Source: an uncultured Dehalococcoides sp. (lineage in GTDB: Bacteria > Chloroflexota > Dehalococcoidia > UBA2979). Taken from it: DNA of 64,000 nucleotides. A program made the translations under genes and the position numbers. Every line of letters starts with the position of its first letter. Within the stretch, counting starts at the first letter, position 1. The stretch covers positions 15,977-79,976 of the forward strand of contig CAZVNJ010000003.1 of assembly GCA_964628985.1 (NCBI GenBank), given 5' to 3'. The notes under the pieces are model-generated. The model ran no database searches. It was not told the DNA's origin and worked only from the letters and a program-made list of their open reading frames with translations. Shown piece after piece: positions 24,529 through 34,628 of the stretch.

Positions 24529-25773
24529 CTACTTCGCCGGCGCGTTCGACGCGTCGGTGAACATGGGCTGCTGCTCCACGCGGTGCTGGAGCGGCTTCGG
24601 CCACCAGCGGTCCTCCCACTCGCTGTGGATGTGGCGCAACTTCGGCACCACGTCCTGCGCAGTGCGCCGGATGTTCTCCATCGCCAGGTCGTGCGGCATC
24701 GAACCGATCTGGTTGAGCAGCATCAGGTGGCCGACGTGGAGATCCTTCGCCACGAACTCCAACTGCTCCACCACCTGGTCCGCCGTCCCGGCGACGACAT
24801 TGCCGTTCTTCAGCAGGTCCTCCCAGGTCGTCCTCGGCGGGATCTCACCGAAGCGGCCGGTCTGGGCGAGCAGGCCGGCCTTGATCGTGTCGAGCGTGCG
24901 GTAGCCCGGCGCGTCGCCCCACCCCGGGTAGATGTGCAGCATCTTGTTGAAGAAGTACTCCGCGTGCGGCGCGTACTTGTCCTCGAGTTCCGCCATCGAC
25001 TCCCCGACGATCACCAGCTGGAGGAAGCCAGCCTGGTACGGGTTCTTCTCGTAGCCAAGCTCGTCGGCCTTGTTCCAGAAGCCGTCGAGGACCTGCTTGC
25101 CGCGCTTGAAGCCGCTGTAGGAGAGGTAGGCGTAGTTGTAGGAGCGGCGCAGGCACCACTCCCACGTTTCGATCGAGCCGGCACCGGGCACCCAGATCGG
25201 GGGCGGCTGCTGGATCGGGCGCGGCCAGATGTTCACGTAGCGCAACTGGAAGAAGCGCCCGTCCCACGTGAACATCTCCGGCTCGGTCCACGCCTTCACG
25301 ATCAGGTCGGCCGCCTCGGCGTACTTGTCGCGCAACTGCGCCGGGTTGCTGCCGTAAGCGTAGTTCGTGTCCATCGAGGTGCCCGTCGGCATGCCGGAGA
25401 CGATCCGCCCGCCGCTGATGCAGTCGAGCATCGCGATCTCCTCAGCGACCCGCGTCGGCGGGTCGTAGAGGGCGATCGAGTTCCCCATCACGATGATCGC
25501 GACGTCCTTCGTCCGCCGGGCTAGGCCCGCGGCCATGATGTTCGGGCTCGGCATGTAGCCGTAGGCGTTCTGGTGGTGCTCGTTCACGCAGATGCCGTCG
25601 AACCCGACGCTTGCCGCGTATTCGAGTTCGTCGAGCGTGTCGTTGTACATGACGTGGGCCTTCGCCGGGTCGAACAGATGTGACGGCACGTCCACCCAGA
25701 CGCTGCGGTACTTCTCCGCGAAGTCCGCCGGCAGGTCGCGGTATGGGTGCAGGTGGAACATCTCGAGTTTCAT
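24529..25773 (-). CDS. LLM-class (luciferase-like) flavin-dependent oxidoreductase
   Basis: 414 aa from the ATG at 25773 (RBS GAGGAG). MKLEMFHLHPY... with typical LLM TIM-barrel N-terminus. The track ORF is extended upstream through Arg-rich junk. Confidence 0.8.
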   Translation of the reverse strand: MKLEMFHLHPYRDLPADFAEKYRSVWVDVPSHLFDPAKAHVMYNDTLDELEYAASVGFDGICVNEHHQNAYGYMPSPNIMAAGLARRTKDVAIIVMGNSIALYDPPTRVAEEIAMLDCISGGRIVSGMPTGTSMDTNYAYGSNPAQLRDKYAEAADLIVKAWTEPEMFTWDGRFFQLRYVNIWPRPIQQPPPIWVPGAGSIETWEWCLRRSYNYAYLSYSGFKRGKQVLDGFWNKADELGYEKNPYQAGFLQLVIVGESMAELEDKYAPHAEYFFNKMLHIYPGWGDAPGYRTLDTIKAGLLAQTGRFGEIPPRTTWEDLLKNGNVVAGTADQVVEQLEFVAKDLHVGHLMLLNQIGSMPHDLAMENIRRTAQDVVPKLRHIHSEWEDRWWPKPLQHRVEQQPMFTDASNAPAK

Positions 25774-25775
25774 CG

Positions 25776-26723
25776 TCAGTCTCCTCGGCCACCGGCAGCG
25801 GGGGTCGCGTCGAGCGCGCGGCGCAGGCGTTCCGCGGCCACACCGACCGTTTCGAGGCCGTGCGGGAAGAGGTGCGCCGCCGTGAAGAAGGTGTGGATCT
25901 GTCCCGGATGGCGCGTCACCGTCACCGGCACTCCCGCGGCCTCGAGCGCCGCCGCGTACGCCTCGCCTTCGTCGCGCAGCGGGTCGAACTCCGCGACATG
26001 GATGTCGGCAGGCGGTAGGCCCACGTGGCTCTCCGCAAACAGCGGAGAGATCGAGGGGTGGGCGCGGTCGATGCCCTTGGGCGCGTAGTGGTCGTAGAAC
26101 CACTCCATCAGCGGCTTCGACAGGATGAAGCCCTCGGCATTCTCTGTGTAGGAGGATGTCGCCATCCGGTGGTCCGTCACCGGCACGACGAGCAACTGGT
26201 GGCGGAAGACCGGCCCGCCGCGGTCGCGCGAGAGCAGCGTGACGACGGCCGCGAGGTTTGCCCCCGCGCTCCACCCCCCGATCGCCATCCGCGTCGCGTC
26301 GCCGCCGTAGCGCGCCGCGTTCTGCCAGGCCCACACCGCGACGGCATAGGCGTCATCGACGGCGGCCGGGTACGGGTGTTCCGGCGCCAGCCGGTAGTCC
26401 GCGCTGATCACGATCGCCCCCGTCGCCTCGCACAATCGGCGAGCCGTCGGATCGTCGCCCTCGACGCTGCCGATGACCCACCCGCCGCCGTGGAACCACA
26501 CCAACACCGGCAGGTTCGGCTCATCCGAGGGGTAATAGAGGCGGACGGGGATCGGCCCCTCCGGCCCGAACACCTCCATGTCCTCGACGCGAGCCACGTC
26601 CGGCCCAGGTGGAGCGGGTACACGGGCCGCGCGCACCACGGCCGGTTCCAGCGTGTAGGTGGGCGGCGCGCCGAGGGCGGCCACCTGGTCGAGGAACTTT
26701 CGCGCGGCCGGGTCGAGCGGCAT
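25776..26723 (-). CDS. Esterase/lipase of the hormone-sensitive-lipase (HSL) alpha/beta-hydrolase family
   Basis: HGGGW oxyanion motif, GWSAGANLA nucleophile elbow, and the DPLRDEG...H catalytic triad pattern. Confidence 0.85.
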   Translation of the reverse strand: MPLDPAARKFLDQVAALGAPPTYTLEPAVVRAARVPAPPGPDVARVEDMEVFGPEGPIPVRLYYPSDEPNLPVLVWFHGGGWVIGSVEGDDPTARRLCEATGAIVISADYRLAPEHPYPAAVDDAYAVAVWAWQNAARYGGDATRMAIGGWSAGANLAAVVTLLSRDRGGPVFRHQLLVVPVTDHRMATSSYTENAEGFILSKPLMEWFYDHYAPKGIDRAHPSISPLFAESHVGLPPADIHVAEFDPLRDEGEAYAAALEAAGVPVTVTRHPGQIHTFFTAAHLFPHGLETVGVAAERLRRALDATPAAGGRGD

Positions 26724-26831
26724 GGGCCATCCCTTTCAGCGCGAGTCCTCGACCTCTACGTCCGAAGTGGAGGCGGGTTTATCACATACCGCCTGTCGGT
26801 TTCCAACAGACAGGCGTCGCGGGGCTCGGCG

Positions 26832-27242
26832 TCAGTCCTCGGGCGCGATGAGGCCTAGGCGCGGAAAGTACGAGCGGTACCGGCTGGCGTCGCGAGTGAG
26901 CAGCCGGTGGCCAGCGAGCGCAGCATGGGCCCCAATGTAGAAATCCGGAAGCGGGGAGCGTCGCATGCCGCCTGCCTGCCGGTACCGCAGGAAGACCTTG
27001 CCGGCGAGGAACCCCGCCTCATAGGGAAGGTCCTCACGTCGATACAGATCGAGGGGCAGGGCGTCTTCGAGCGCCTCGATCGTCTCGAAGCCGATCGAGA
27101 CCTCCGCGTACACCAGCGGGTTGATGACTAGTACCTCTTCGTCCGCCACACGGGCCAGCATCTCTGCCGACCAGGCGCCCCAGCGGGGATCCCCCGTCAC
27201 GATGTCGAGGATCACGTTGCTGTCGACGAGGACGGGGCTCAC
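26832..27242 (-). CDS. vapC: PIN-domain toxin VapC
   Basis: 136 aa, VLVDSNVILD...YAEVSIG PIN acidic residues. GTG start overlapping the vapB stop (GTGA). Confidence 0.75.
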   Translation of the reverse strand: MSPVLVDSNVILDIVTGDPRWGAWSAEMLARVADEEVLVINPLVYAEVSIGFETIEALEDALPLDLYRREDLPYEAGFLAGKVFLRYRQAGGMRRSPLPDFYIGAHAALAGHRLLTRDASRYRSYFPRLGLIAPED

Positions 27243-27478
27243 CGCTCGTCGCGCGTCAGCGCCATGATCTCGTCGGTCGACATGCCCACGTTCCCGGCGT
27301 TCCGTCGCAGCGCCTCGACCGCGAGCGCGCCCCGCGTCGGCCGGCGCGGGCTCCTCGCCTTCATGATGCGGACGCTGCCCTTCTCGTAGACGAACTCAAC
27401 CTCGGTGTTGGGCAGCAGTCCGGCTCGTTCCCGGATCTCCTGCGGGATGGTGACCTGGCCCTTGGACGTGATGCGCAT
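27239..27478 (-). CDS. vapB: AbrB/MazE-family antitoxin VapB
   Basis: 79 aa. MRITSKGQVTIPQEIRERAGLLPNTEVEFVYEKGSVRI is the swapped-hairpin motif. Confidence 0.75.
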   Translation of the reverse strand: MRITSKGQVTIPQEIRERAGLLPNTEVEFVYEKGSVRIMKARSPRRPTRGALAVEALRRNAGNVGMSTDEIMALTRDER

Positions 27479-27574
27479 GGGAATTCCTACTGTTCACAGT
27501 AAGAATACTCCAGGCGCCCACACCGTGCCACCCGGACCTCTGGGCGAGGACGCGCTCGCGGTACGCTGGACGGC

Positions 27575-30500
27575 ATGACCTCCACCCTCGAACCCGGCGT
27601 CCTCGAGCGCTTCCACCCCGCCGTTCGAGGCTGGTTCGTGGAGCGCTTTGGTGCGCCCACGGACGCCCAGGTCGAGGGCTGGCCGAGCATTTTCGACCGG
27701 CGGGACGTGCTGCTCGCGGCGCCGACCGGGTCCGGGAAGACGCTCGCGGCGTTCCTCGTCGGGCTGGACTCGCTCGTGCTGGAGGCCGAGGCGGGGACGC
27801 TCGATGACCGCACGCGGATCATCTACGTCTCGCCGCTGAAGGCGCTCGGCAACGACATCGAGCGGAACCTGGACGAGCCGCTCGCGGGGATCCGCGAGGC
27901 GGCGGCGGCAATGGGGCTCGACCTCGACGCCATCCGGACGGGGGTCCGCTCCGGGGACACGCCGCAGTCCGAGCGGCAGGCGATGGTGCGGAAGCCCCCG
28001 CACATCGTGATCACCACGCCTGAGTCGCTCTATCTGCTCCTGACCGCCGAGCGAGGGCGCAAGACGCTCTCGGCCGTGCACACGGTGATCGTCGACGAGA
28101 TCCACGCGCTCGCCCGAGACCGTCGCGGCGTCCACCTGACGCTGAGCCTCGAACGGCTCGACCACGTCGTGACCTCGGCAGGCGGCGCGCGGCCGCAACG
28201 GATCGGGCTCTCCGCCACCCAGCGGCCGATCGAGGCGATGGGCGCCTACCTCGCCGGTACCGCGCGGCCGGTCGAGATCGTCGACCGCGGCCACCAGCGT
28301 GACATCGAACTGCACATCGACGTGCCGAACACGGAACTCGAGGCGGTGGCGCCGAAGGAGCAGTGGGGTGAGATCTATGACCGCCTCGCCGAACTAGTGC
28401 GGGGACACCTGACGACGCTGATTTTCGTGAACACGCGCCGGATGTCAGAGCGCGTTGCGCACAACCTCTCCGAGCGCCTCGGCGAGGACGCCGTCGCCTC
28501 GCATCACGGCTCGATGTCGAAAGAGCGCCGGCTGCGCGTGGAGCAGCGGCTCAAGGCAGGCGAACTGAAGGCACTCGTCGCGACCGCCTCACTCGAACTT
28601 GGCATCGACATCGGCAGCATCGACCTCGTCTGCCAGGTAGGGTCGCCGCGGAGCATCGCGACGTTCCTCCAGCGCGTCGGGCGGTCGGGTCACGCGCTGG
28701 GCCTCCGGCCGCATGGCCGCCTCTTCCCCGCGTCGCGCGACGAACTGATCGAGTGCGCCGCGCTCGTCCGTGCCGTGCGCGCGGGCCGCCTCGACCGCAT
28801 CGTGCAGCCGCAGATGCCGCTCGACGTGATGGCGCAACAGATCGTCGCGGAGGTGGCCGCCGAGGAGTGGCGCGAGGACGACCTCTTCGACCTCGTGCGT
28901 CGCGCGACGCCATATGCGGCCCTGACCCGCGAGGAGTTCGACGAGATCGTCGAGATGCTGGCGACGGGCATTGGCGCGCACGCCGGGCGGACGCCGGGGC
29001 TGCTCCACCGCGATCGCATCCAGGGGATGCTGCGCCCGAAGCGCGCCGCCCGCCTCACCGCCATCACGAACGGCGGCACGATCCCCGAACTCGGCGACTA
29101 TCGCGTGATCGCGGAGCCCGAGGGCGTGCAGGTCGGCACGGTGAACGAGGACTGGGCGATTGAATCGCAGAGCGGCGACGTCTTCCTGCTGGGATCGACC
29201 TCGTGGCGGATCAGCCGCGTCGGGCAGTCCACTGTCTTCGTCACGGACGCCCACGGCGCGTCTCCCAGCGTCCCCTTCTGGCTCGGCGAGGCGCCGGGGC
29301 GCACCATCGAACTCTCGGAGGAGGTCGGCCGGCTCCGACGCGACATCGAGGCGCGCCTCGACGGCGACCCGGAGGCGCTGCGCACGTGGCTCGCGATCGA
29401 GTGCGCCCTTCCCGCCCTCGCGGCCGACCAGATGGTGGACTATCTGCGCGCCACCCGCGACGGCCTCGGCCTCGTCCCCTCCGACACCGATGTGGTATTC
29501 GAGCGGTTCTTCGACGACGGCGGCGGCATGCAGTTGGTGGTGCATGCGCCATTCGGGCAGCGGATCAACCGGGCGTGGGGACTGGCGCTGCGCAAGCGGT
29601 TCTGCGTGGCCTTCGACTTCGAACTACAGGCGGCAGCCAGCGACGATGCCATCCTGCTCTCGGCGGGCCCGCAGCACTCGTGGCCGATGGAGGAGGCGTT
29701 CTCCTGGGTGCAACCGGAGAACGTCGAGGAGGCGGTCCACTCCTCGGTCTTCTACATCCCGCTCTTCCCGACGCGCTGGCGCTGGAACGTCACTCGCGCC
29801 CTCGCGGTTTCGCGCTCGCGTGGCGGGCGCCCGGTGCCGCCGTTCATCCAGCGGATGAAGGCGGACGACCTGATGGCTGCCGTCTTCCCGGAACAGGTCG
29901 GCTGCCAGGAGAACATGACGGAGCCGCTCCGCCTCCCCGACCACCCGCTGATGCACCAGACGATGCGCGACTGCCTCTTCGAGGCGATGGACGTCGAGGG
30001 CCTGCGCGGCGTCCTTGAACGCGTGCGCGCCGGCGAGATCCGCTACCACGCACGCGAGACCGTCGAGCCCTCCGTGATGGCGCACGAGATCATCAACGGC
30101 AAGCCGTACACCTTCCTCGACGACGCGCCACTCGAGGAACGCCGCACGCGCGCCGTGAGCCTCCGCCGCGGCTTGCCCGAGCATGCGCGTGACCTCGGCG
30201 CCCTCGACCCGGAGGCGATCGAGCGCGTGGCGGACGAGGCGTGGCCCGACCCCCGCGATGCCGAGGAGACGCACGACGCCCTGCTCAACCTCGTCGCCGT
30301 CGCCGAGGCGGTCGTCGAGGACTGGGCGGACTGGCTCGCGGAACTCGCCGGACAGAAGCGCGCGGCCGTCCTCGACACTGCACGCGGGCGGATCTGGTTT
30401 GCTTCCGAGCACCTCGATGCCGTCCGGCTGCTCTATCCCGAGGCGGAGTCGTTCGCACTCGATGTCCCGGCGGCCGCGCTGCTGCCCGTGGAACATCGCG

Positions 30501-31825
30501 AGGGCGCACGGATGCTGCTGCTCCGCGGCCACGCCGAGGCAATCGGCGTCGCGACCGCCTCGATGTTCGCGACGCGCACGGCGCTCGCCGAGCAGGACGT
30601 GGTCCACGGCCTGACGATGGTGGAGGCGCAGGGCTTCGTGCTGCGCGGCCATTACACGCCCGGCGTGCGTGAGGACGAGTGGTGCGACCGTCGCCTGCTT
30701 GCGCGCATCCACCGCTACACCCTCGACCGGCTGCGCCGTGAGATCGACCCCGTGTCGAAGCAGGACTACATGCGCTTCCTGCTGCGTTGGCAGCACCTCG
30801 ACCCGCGCACGCTTGTGGAGGGCCGCGGCGGGCTGCGCGCCCTCATCACGCGCCTCCAGGGCTTCGAGGCCCCGGCGAGCACGTGGGAAGGCGAACTGCT
30901 GCGGTCGCGGATGAAGGAGTACCACGCCTCCTGGCTGGACGAACTCTGCCTCGCTGGTGAGGTGACGTGGGCGCGACTCACGCCGCGCAAGGCGAACCCG
31001 GACGGCCCGCACCTCCTCGGCACCGCCGCCACACGCGCGACCCCCGTCACGCTCGCGCTACGCCCGGACCTGCCGGCGCTCCTCGCTGCCACCCGCCATT
31101 ACGCGACCGCGGAGGCCCGCGACCCCGAGGGCGGCGCGGCGGGCGAAGTGATCGCGCTGCTGCGTGAGCGCGGCGCGCTCTTCTTCAACGAGATCGTCAC
31201 CGGCACGCGCCGCCTCGTGACGGACGTCGAAGACGGCATGCGCTCGCTGATTGCGGCGGGCCTGCTCGCCTCAGACGGCTTCCAGGGCCTGCGTGAGATC
31301 GCCGGCGGCCGGCGTCGCAACGGCCGCGGCGACGGGCGACGCGGAGGCAACTACCTGCGTGGTGGCCTCTTCGCCGGTGGCGGCCCTCCCGGCCGCTGGG
31401 CCGTGGTGCAGGCGCCTGAGGTGGACCCCGCCGAGGAAGAGGTGCTCGCCGAGCAGGTCGCGCGCATCCTCCTCGACCGGTACGGGGTGCTTTTCCGCGA
31501 CGTGACCTCGCGCGAGCCGATGACGATCCCGTGGCGGCACGTGATGAAGGCGCTCCGCCGCCTCGAGGCGCGCGGTGTCGTGCGCGGGGGCCGCTTCGTG
31601 ATGGGCGTCGCCGGCGAGCAGTTCGCCCACCCCGAGGCAATCCCCCTGCTCCGCGCCATCCGCAACGAACCCCTCGACGGCGTCCCCGTCACCGTCGCCT
31701 CGACGGACCCGGCGAACCTGACGGGCCTCCTGTTTGGCAACCGCGTCCCCGCGCAGCGCGGCCGTGCCGTCACCTTCATCGACGGGCTGCCGGCAGAGAT
31801 CGCGGCACCGGTGGGGGTGGGCTAG
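27575..31825 (+). CDS. lhr: Lhr-type large ATP-dependent DEAD/DEAH-box helicase
   Basis: 1416 aa. Motif I APTGSGKT, motif II VDEIHAL, SAT-like LSAT, motif VI QRVGRSGH. Long C-terminal extension typical of Lhr. Confidence 0.9.
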   Translation: MTSTLEPGVLERFHPAVRGWFVERFGAPTDAQVEGWPSIFDRRDVLLAAPTGSGKTLAAFLVGLDSLVLEAEAGTLDDRTRIIYVSPLKALGNDIERNLDEPLAGIREAAAAMGLDLDAIRTGVRSGDTPQSERQAMVRKPPHIVITTPESLYLLLTAERGRKTLSAVHTVIVDEIHALARDRRGVHLTLSLERLDHVVTSAGGARPQRIGLSATQRPIEAMGAYLAGTARPVEIVDRGHQRDIELHIDVPNTELEAVAPKEQWGEIYDRLAELVRGHLTTLIFVNTRRMSERVAHNLSERLGEDAVASHHGSMSKERRLRVEQRLKAGELKALVATASLELGIDIGSIDLVCQVGSPRSIATFLQRVGRSGHALGLRPHGRLFPASRDELIECAALVRAVRAGRLDRIVQPQMPLDVMAQQIVAEVAAEEWREDDLFDLVRRATPYAALTREEFDEIVEMLATGIGAHAGRTPGLLHRDRIQGMLRPKRAARLTAITNGGTIPELGDYRVIAEPEGVQVGTVNEDWAIESQSGDVFLLGSTSWRISRVGQSTVFVTDAHGASPSVPFWLGEAPGRTIELSEEVGRLRRDIEARLDGDPEALRTWLAIECALPALAADQMVDYLRATRDGLGLVPSDTDVVFERFFDDGGGMQLVVHAPFGQRINRAWGLALRKRFCVAFDFELQAAASDDAILLSAGPQHSWPMEEAFSWVQPENVEEAVHSSVFYIPLFPTRWRWNVTRALAVSRSRGGRPVPPFIQRMKADDLMAAVFPEQVGCQENMTEPLRLPDHPLMHQTMRDCLFEAMDVEGLRGVLERVRAGEIRYHARETVEPSVMAHEIINGKPYTFLDDAPLEERRTRAVSLRRGLPEHARDLGALDPEAIERVADEAWPDPRDAEETHDALLNLVAVAEAVVEDWADWLAELAGQKRAAVLDTARGRIWFASEHLDAVRLLYPEAESFALDVPAAALLPVEHREGARMLLLRGHAEAIGVATASMFATRTALAEQDVVHGLTMVEAQGFVLRGHYTPGVREDEWCDRRLLARIHRYTLDRLRREIDPVSKQDYMRFLLRWQHLDPRTLVEGRGGLRALITRLQGFEAPASTWEGELLRSRMKEYHASWLDELCLAGEVTWARLTPRKANPDGPHLLGTAATRATPVTLALRPDLPALLAATRHYATAEARDPEGGAAGEVIALLRERGALFFNEIVTGTRRLVTDVEDGMRSLIAAGLLASDGFQGLREIAGGRRRNGRGDGRRGGNYLRGGLFAGGGPPGRWAVVQAPEVDPAEEEVLAEQVARILLDRYGVLFRDVTSREPMTIPWRHVMKALRRLEARGVVRGGRFVMGVAGEQFAHPEAIPLLRAIRNEPLDGVPVTVASTDPANLTGLLFGNRVPAQRGRAVTFIDGLPAEIAAPVGVG

Positions 31826-31845
31826 CTCGGAGTGCCCATGAACCT

Positions 31846-32229
31846 CTAGTCGTCCATCGGCGGGGTGGCGGCGGCGACGATGCCCATGAGGTTGCCTGAG
31901 GGGTCGCGAAACTGGGCCATCGTGACGGCGCCGGGGATCACCGTGACGGGCATGACCTGCGTGCCGCCGTTGGCGATGGCGCGATCGAGGTAGCGCTGCG
32001 GGTCGTCGACTTCGATGTAGACGATGACGTCCGGGCCGTCCTCGGAAGCGTCGATGGCGCCGGCGATGCCGCGGTCGCCGGACTTGCTGCCGCCGGGATC
32101 CACCATGCCGTATTCGAACGGGTTGTCCGTGTCGACCTTCCAGTCGAATGTGCGGGCGTAGAACTGCTGGAGCTTCTGCTTGTCCTGGCCGGAGCCGGCC
32201 ATGATCTCGAAGTGGACGATCGGGTTCAT
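31846..32229 (-). CDS. VOC (glyoxalase/bleomycin-resistance) family protein
   Basis: 127 aa, MNPIVHFEIMAGSG...GGTQVMPVTVIPG...FRDPSGNLMGI. RBS AAGGGG. The rest of the track ORF (up to 32889) is antisense to the SDR gene and I rejected it. Confidence 0.7.
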   Translation of the reverse strand: MNPIVHFEIMAGSGQDKQKLQQFYARTFDWKVDTDNPFEYGMVDPGGSKSGDRGIAGAIDASEDGPDVIVYIEVDDPQRYLDRAIANGGTQVMPVTVIPGAVTMAQFRDPSGNLMGIVAAATPPMDD

Positions 32230-32325
32230 CGGAAGCCCCTTGCGGAAGTCGAGCGGGTGGAGTCCATGAGTGTACGCACCGCGTCCGCCTGACGTACCGT
32301 GCGCGGGCGAGAAGGCGAGGGCTCC

Positions 32326-33126
32326 ATGGACCTGCAACTGACCGGCAAGCGCGCGGTCGTGACGGGCGGCAGCAAGGGCATCGGCAAGGCGTGCGCGCTC
32401 ACCCTCGCGCGCGAAGGGTGCGATGTCGCGCTCGTTGCGCGGACGCAGGCCGACCTCGACGCCGCGGCCTCCGAGATCGCCGCAGCCACCGGGCGGACGG
32501 TGATCGGCGTCGCCTGCGACACCGGGGTGGACGAGTCCGTGCGCGGGATGATGCGGACCGTGGCCAGCCGCCTTGGTGGGGTGGACATCCTCGTGAACGC
32601 GGCAGCGAAGCCCGGCGGGCAGCAGCCGCCGCCGCGGCTCGCGCAGATTACGGACGACGCCTTCAACGAGGACATGAACGTGAAGGTGATGGGCTACCTC
32701 CGCTGCGCGCGGGAGGCGGCCCCTCACATGACGGCGAACGGCTGGGGCCGGATCATCAACATCTCCGGGCTCGCCGCGCGCCAGACCGGCTCGCTCATCG
32801 GCTCGATGCGGAACGTTGCCGTGGCCGCGCTCACCAAGAACCTCGCCGAGGAACTCGGGCCGCTCGGGGTCAACGTGACCGTCGTCCACCCTGGCCTGAC
32901 GCGGACCGAGGCGACCGCGGGCGTAGTCGCCCGGCGTGCCGCCTCGCAGGGCGTCACGGCCGAGGAGGTCGAGCGCCAGATGGCCGAAGGCAACACCGTG
33001 CGGAAGTTGATCGACGCGAGCGACATCGCCGCCGTCGTCGCCTTCCTCGCCTCGCCGCTCTCAATCGCCATCAACGGCGACACGATCGCGGCGGGCGGCG
33101 GGGCGCTGCGTTCGATCCACTACTAG
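32326..33126 (+). CDS. SDR-family short-chain dehydrogenase/reductase
   Basis: TGGSKGIGKA Rossmann motif, NAA, and the catalytic region of classical SDRs. ATG at 32326 with GAAGG..GAGG upstream. Confidence 0.85.
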   Translation: MDLQLTGKRAVVTGGSKGIGKACALTLAREGCDVALVARTQADLDAAASEIAAATGRTVIGVACDTGVDESVRGMMRTVASRLGGVDILVNAAAKPGGQQPPPRLAQITDDAFNEDMNVKVMGYLRCAREAAPHMTANGWGRIINISGLAARQTGSLIGSMRNVAVAALTKNLAEELGPLGVNVTVVHPGLTRTEATAGVVARRAASQGVTAEEVERQMAEGNTVRKLIDASDIAAVVAFLASPLSIAINGDTIAAGGGALRSIHY

Positions 33127-33157
33127 CGCCCGTCACCCGCCTCACGGCAAGACGAGG

Positions 33158-34435
33158 TCACACGGAGGCCTCCTCAACCGCGTCTGCGGCCGGGCTGCGG
33201 TGCTTCCAGTAGAGCGCGACCGCCGGCACGAGGACGAGCGCGGCCACCGCGATTGAGGTCCGCACGCCGGCCGCGGCGGCGATCAGTCCGAAGAGGGGCC
33301 CACCCGCGATCTGGCCGAGGGCGTTCGACTGCCCCATGGTGGAGAGCACCGTCGCCCTCGTCGCGGAGGGGAGCCCACGGTTGACCCATGCCGTCGCGAA
33401 TGGCTCCTCGACGGCCCGCGCCCAGAAGGTGATCCAGGCGCCGACGAGCGCCACCGCGAACATCGGCGCACCGGCGAAGAGCAGCATCGTGACGACGGTG
33501 ACCACGTTCGAGGTAATGAGGCCGACGGCGACGCTGCTCGAACTGCTGAAGTCCGTCCTCGACTGTGCGATCCGCAACGCGGCGATCGACCCGAGCTGCG
33601 CGACGAGTTGGACGAGGCCGAAGAAGAGCGCCTCCGGCATGAGATCGGGAAGGCCGTCGAACGAGTTGATAAGGTGGAAGCCCCAGAGGCGGTCGAACGA
33701 CTCGGAGGACGCCCCCATGAGCAGGGCAGTGAGCAGGGCGGTCACGACGACAGGGCGTGAGCGTGCGACCCGGAGGCCATGGGCGGCCTGGACAAAGGGC
33801 GTGCGCCAGGTCGGCTGCCCTTCGCGTGGCGCGGGCGCGAAGCCGCGCTCGGTCATCGTGAACAGCAGGAGCACGCCGGCACCGGCGTAGAGCAACCCTC
33901 CGACGATCAGCGTGCCCGCCACCCACCACCAGCCGATCCCGACCCCGACGAATCCGCCGACGAGGGCGCCGATCTGGCGCCGTCGCGCGAAGGCGGGGTA
34001 GAGAGGGCCAGCAGCGTCGTCGCCTACCTCGTCAGCCAGCCACGCCTCACGCGCACCGCTGATGAAGGTGAAGCCGATCCCCCAGATGAACTGGCCGCTG
34101 GCGATCGTCCAGAACTCCGGGGCGGCGCCCATGACGATGAAGCCGACACCGACCAGCAGATAGCCAAGCACCACGGAGAGCCGGCGTGAGACGAGGTCTG
34201 CGACCACGCCCGTTGGTATCTCGAACAGGAACGCCGCCGCCTCGAGCGCCGTGCCGGCGAGGACGAGTTCGAGCGGCGACAGGTCTGCCACGCGCACGGC
34301 GTAGTAGGCATAGAGGACGAGGCCCGCCGCGTTGGCGAACCCGCCGAGGCCCGCGAGGCGCAAATAGAGACGGGCGGGATCACTCGGGCGACCGGGCAAC
34401 AGCGTCGGTCGCTGGATCCAGGATGAAGAGGGCAT
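33158..34435 (-). CDS. MFS transporter
   Basis: 425 aa with about 12 hydrophobic helices. MFS-like loop motifs GxxxDrxgRR-like (DLVSRRLS). Confidence 0.75.
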   Translation of the reverse strand: MPSSSWIQRPTLLPGRPSDPARLYLRLAGLGGFANAAGLVLYAYYAVRVADLSPLELVLAGTALEAAAFLFEIPTGVVADLVSRRLSVVLGYLLVGVGFIVMGAAPEFWTIASGQFIWGIGFTFISGAREAWLADEVGDDAAGPLYPAFARRRQIGALVGGFVGVGIGWWWVAGTLIVGGLLYAGAGVLLLFTMTERGFAPAPREGQPTWRTPFVQAAHGLRVARSRPVVVTALLTALLMGASSESFDRLWGFHLINSFDGLPDLMPEALFFGLVQLVAQLGSIAALRIAQSRTDFSSSSSVAVGLITSNVVTVVTMLLFAGAPMFAVALVGAWITFWARAVEEPFATAWVNRGLPSATRATVLSTMGQSNALGQIAGGPLFGLIAAAAGVRTSIAVAALVLVPAVALYWKHRSPAADAVEEASV

Positions 34436-34628
34436 GCAGACTCCGGGGTCAGACGCCCCGTGTGACGCGGCCGAGCGATTGGACTTGGCTCGTTACGCGG
34501 CGCGCGAGGCAGGCAGGCTGGACGTCCGGGTCGGCAATGCGGTCATGGCGTCCTCCTCGATGCGGCGCTGCAGATGTGCGGCATCGTGCGGCTTCGCTGT
34601 TTGCTCGTCAAATCGGTCGCCGAGCGCG

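Noticed and set aside
24433-25524. 363-aa ORF on the plus strand (and similar long ORFs at 28589-29545, 29624-31012, 37031-38569, 38569-39933, 45801-46808, 50050-51321, 52894-53733, 53878-54711, 62353-63141)
   Set aside because: These are antisense or alternative-frame ORFs typical of very GC-rich DNA. The opposite strand carries proteins with unambiguous family motifs. The antisense translations are Arg/Pro/Gly-rich with no recognisable domains.
32230-32889. Upstream part of minus-strand ORF 31846-32889
   Set aside because: It is antisense to the SDR gene, which has a clear Rossmann motif. Only the last 127 codons form a VOC-fold protein with a good RBS.
33163-33172. Perfect 10-bp palindrome GGAGGCCTCC
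   Set aside because: It lies inside the MFS coding region near its 3' end. It is too short to stand out as a structural element, and such palindromes are expected by chance at this GC content.
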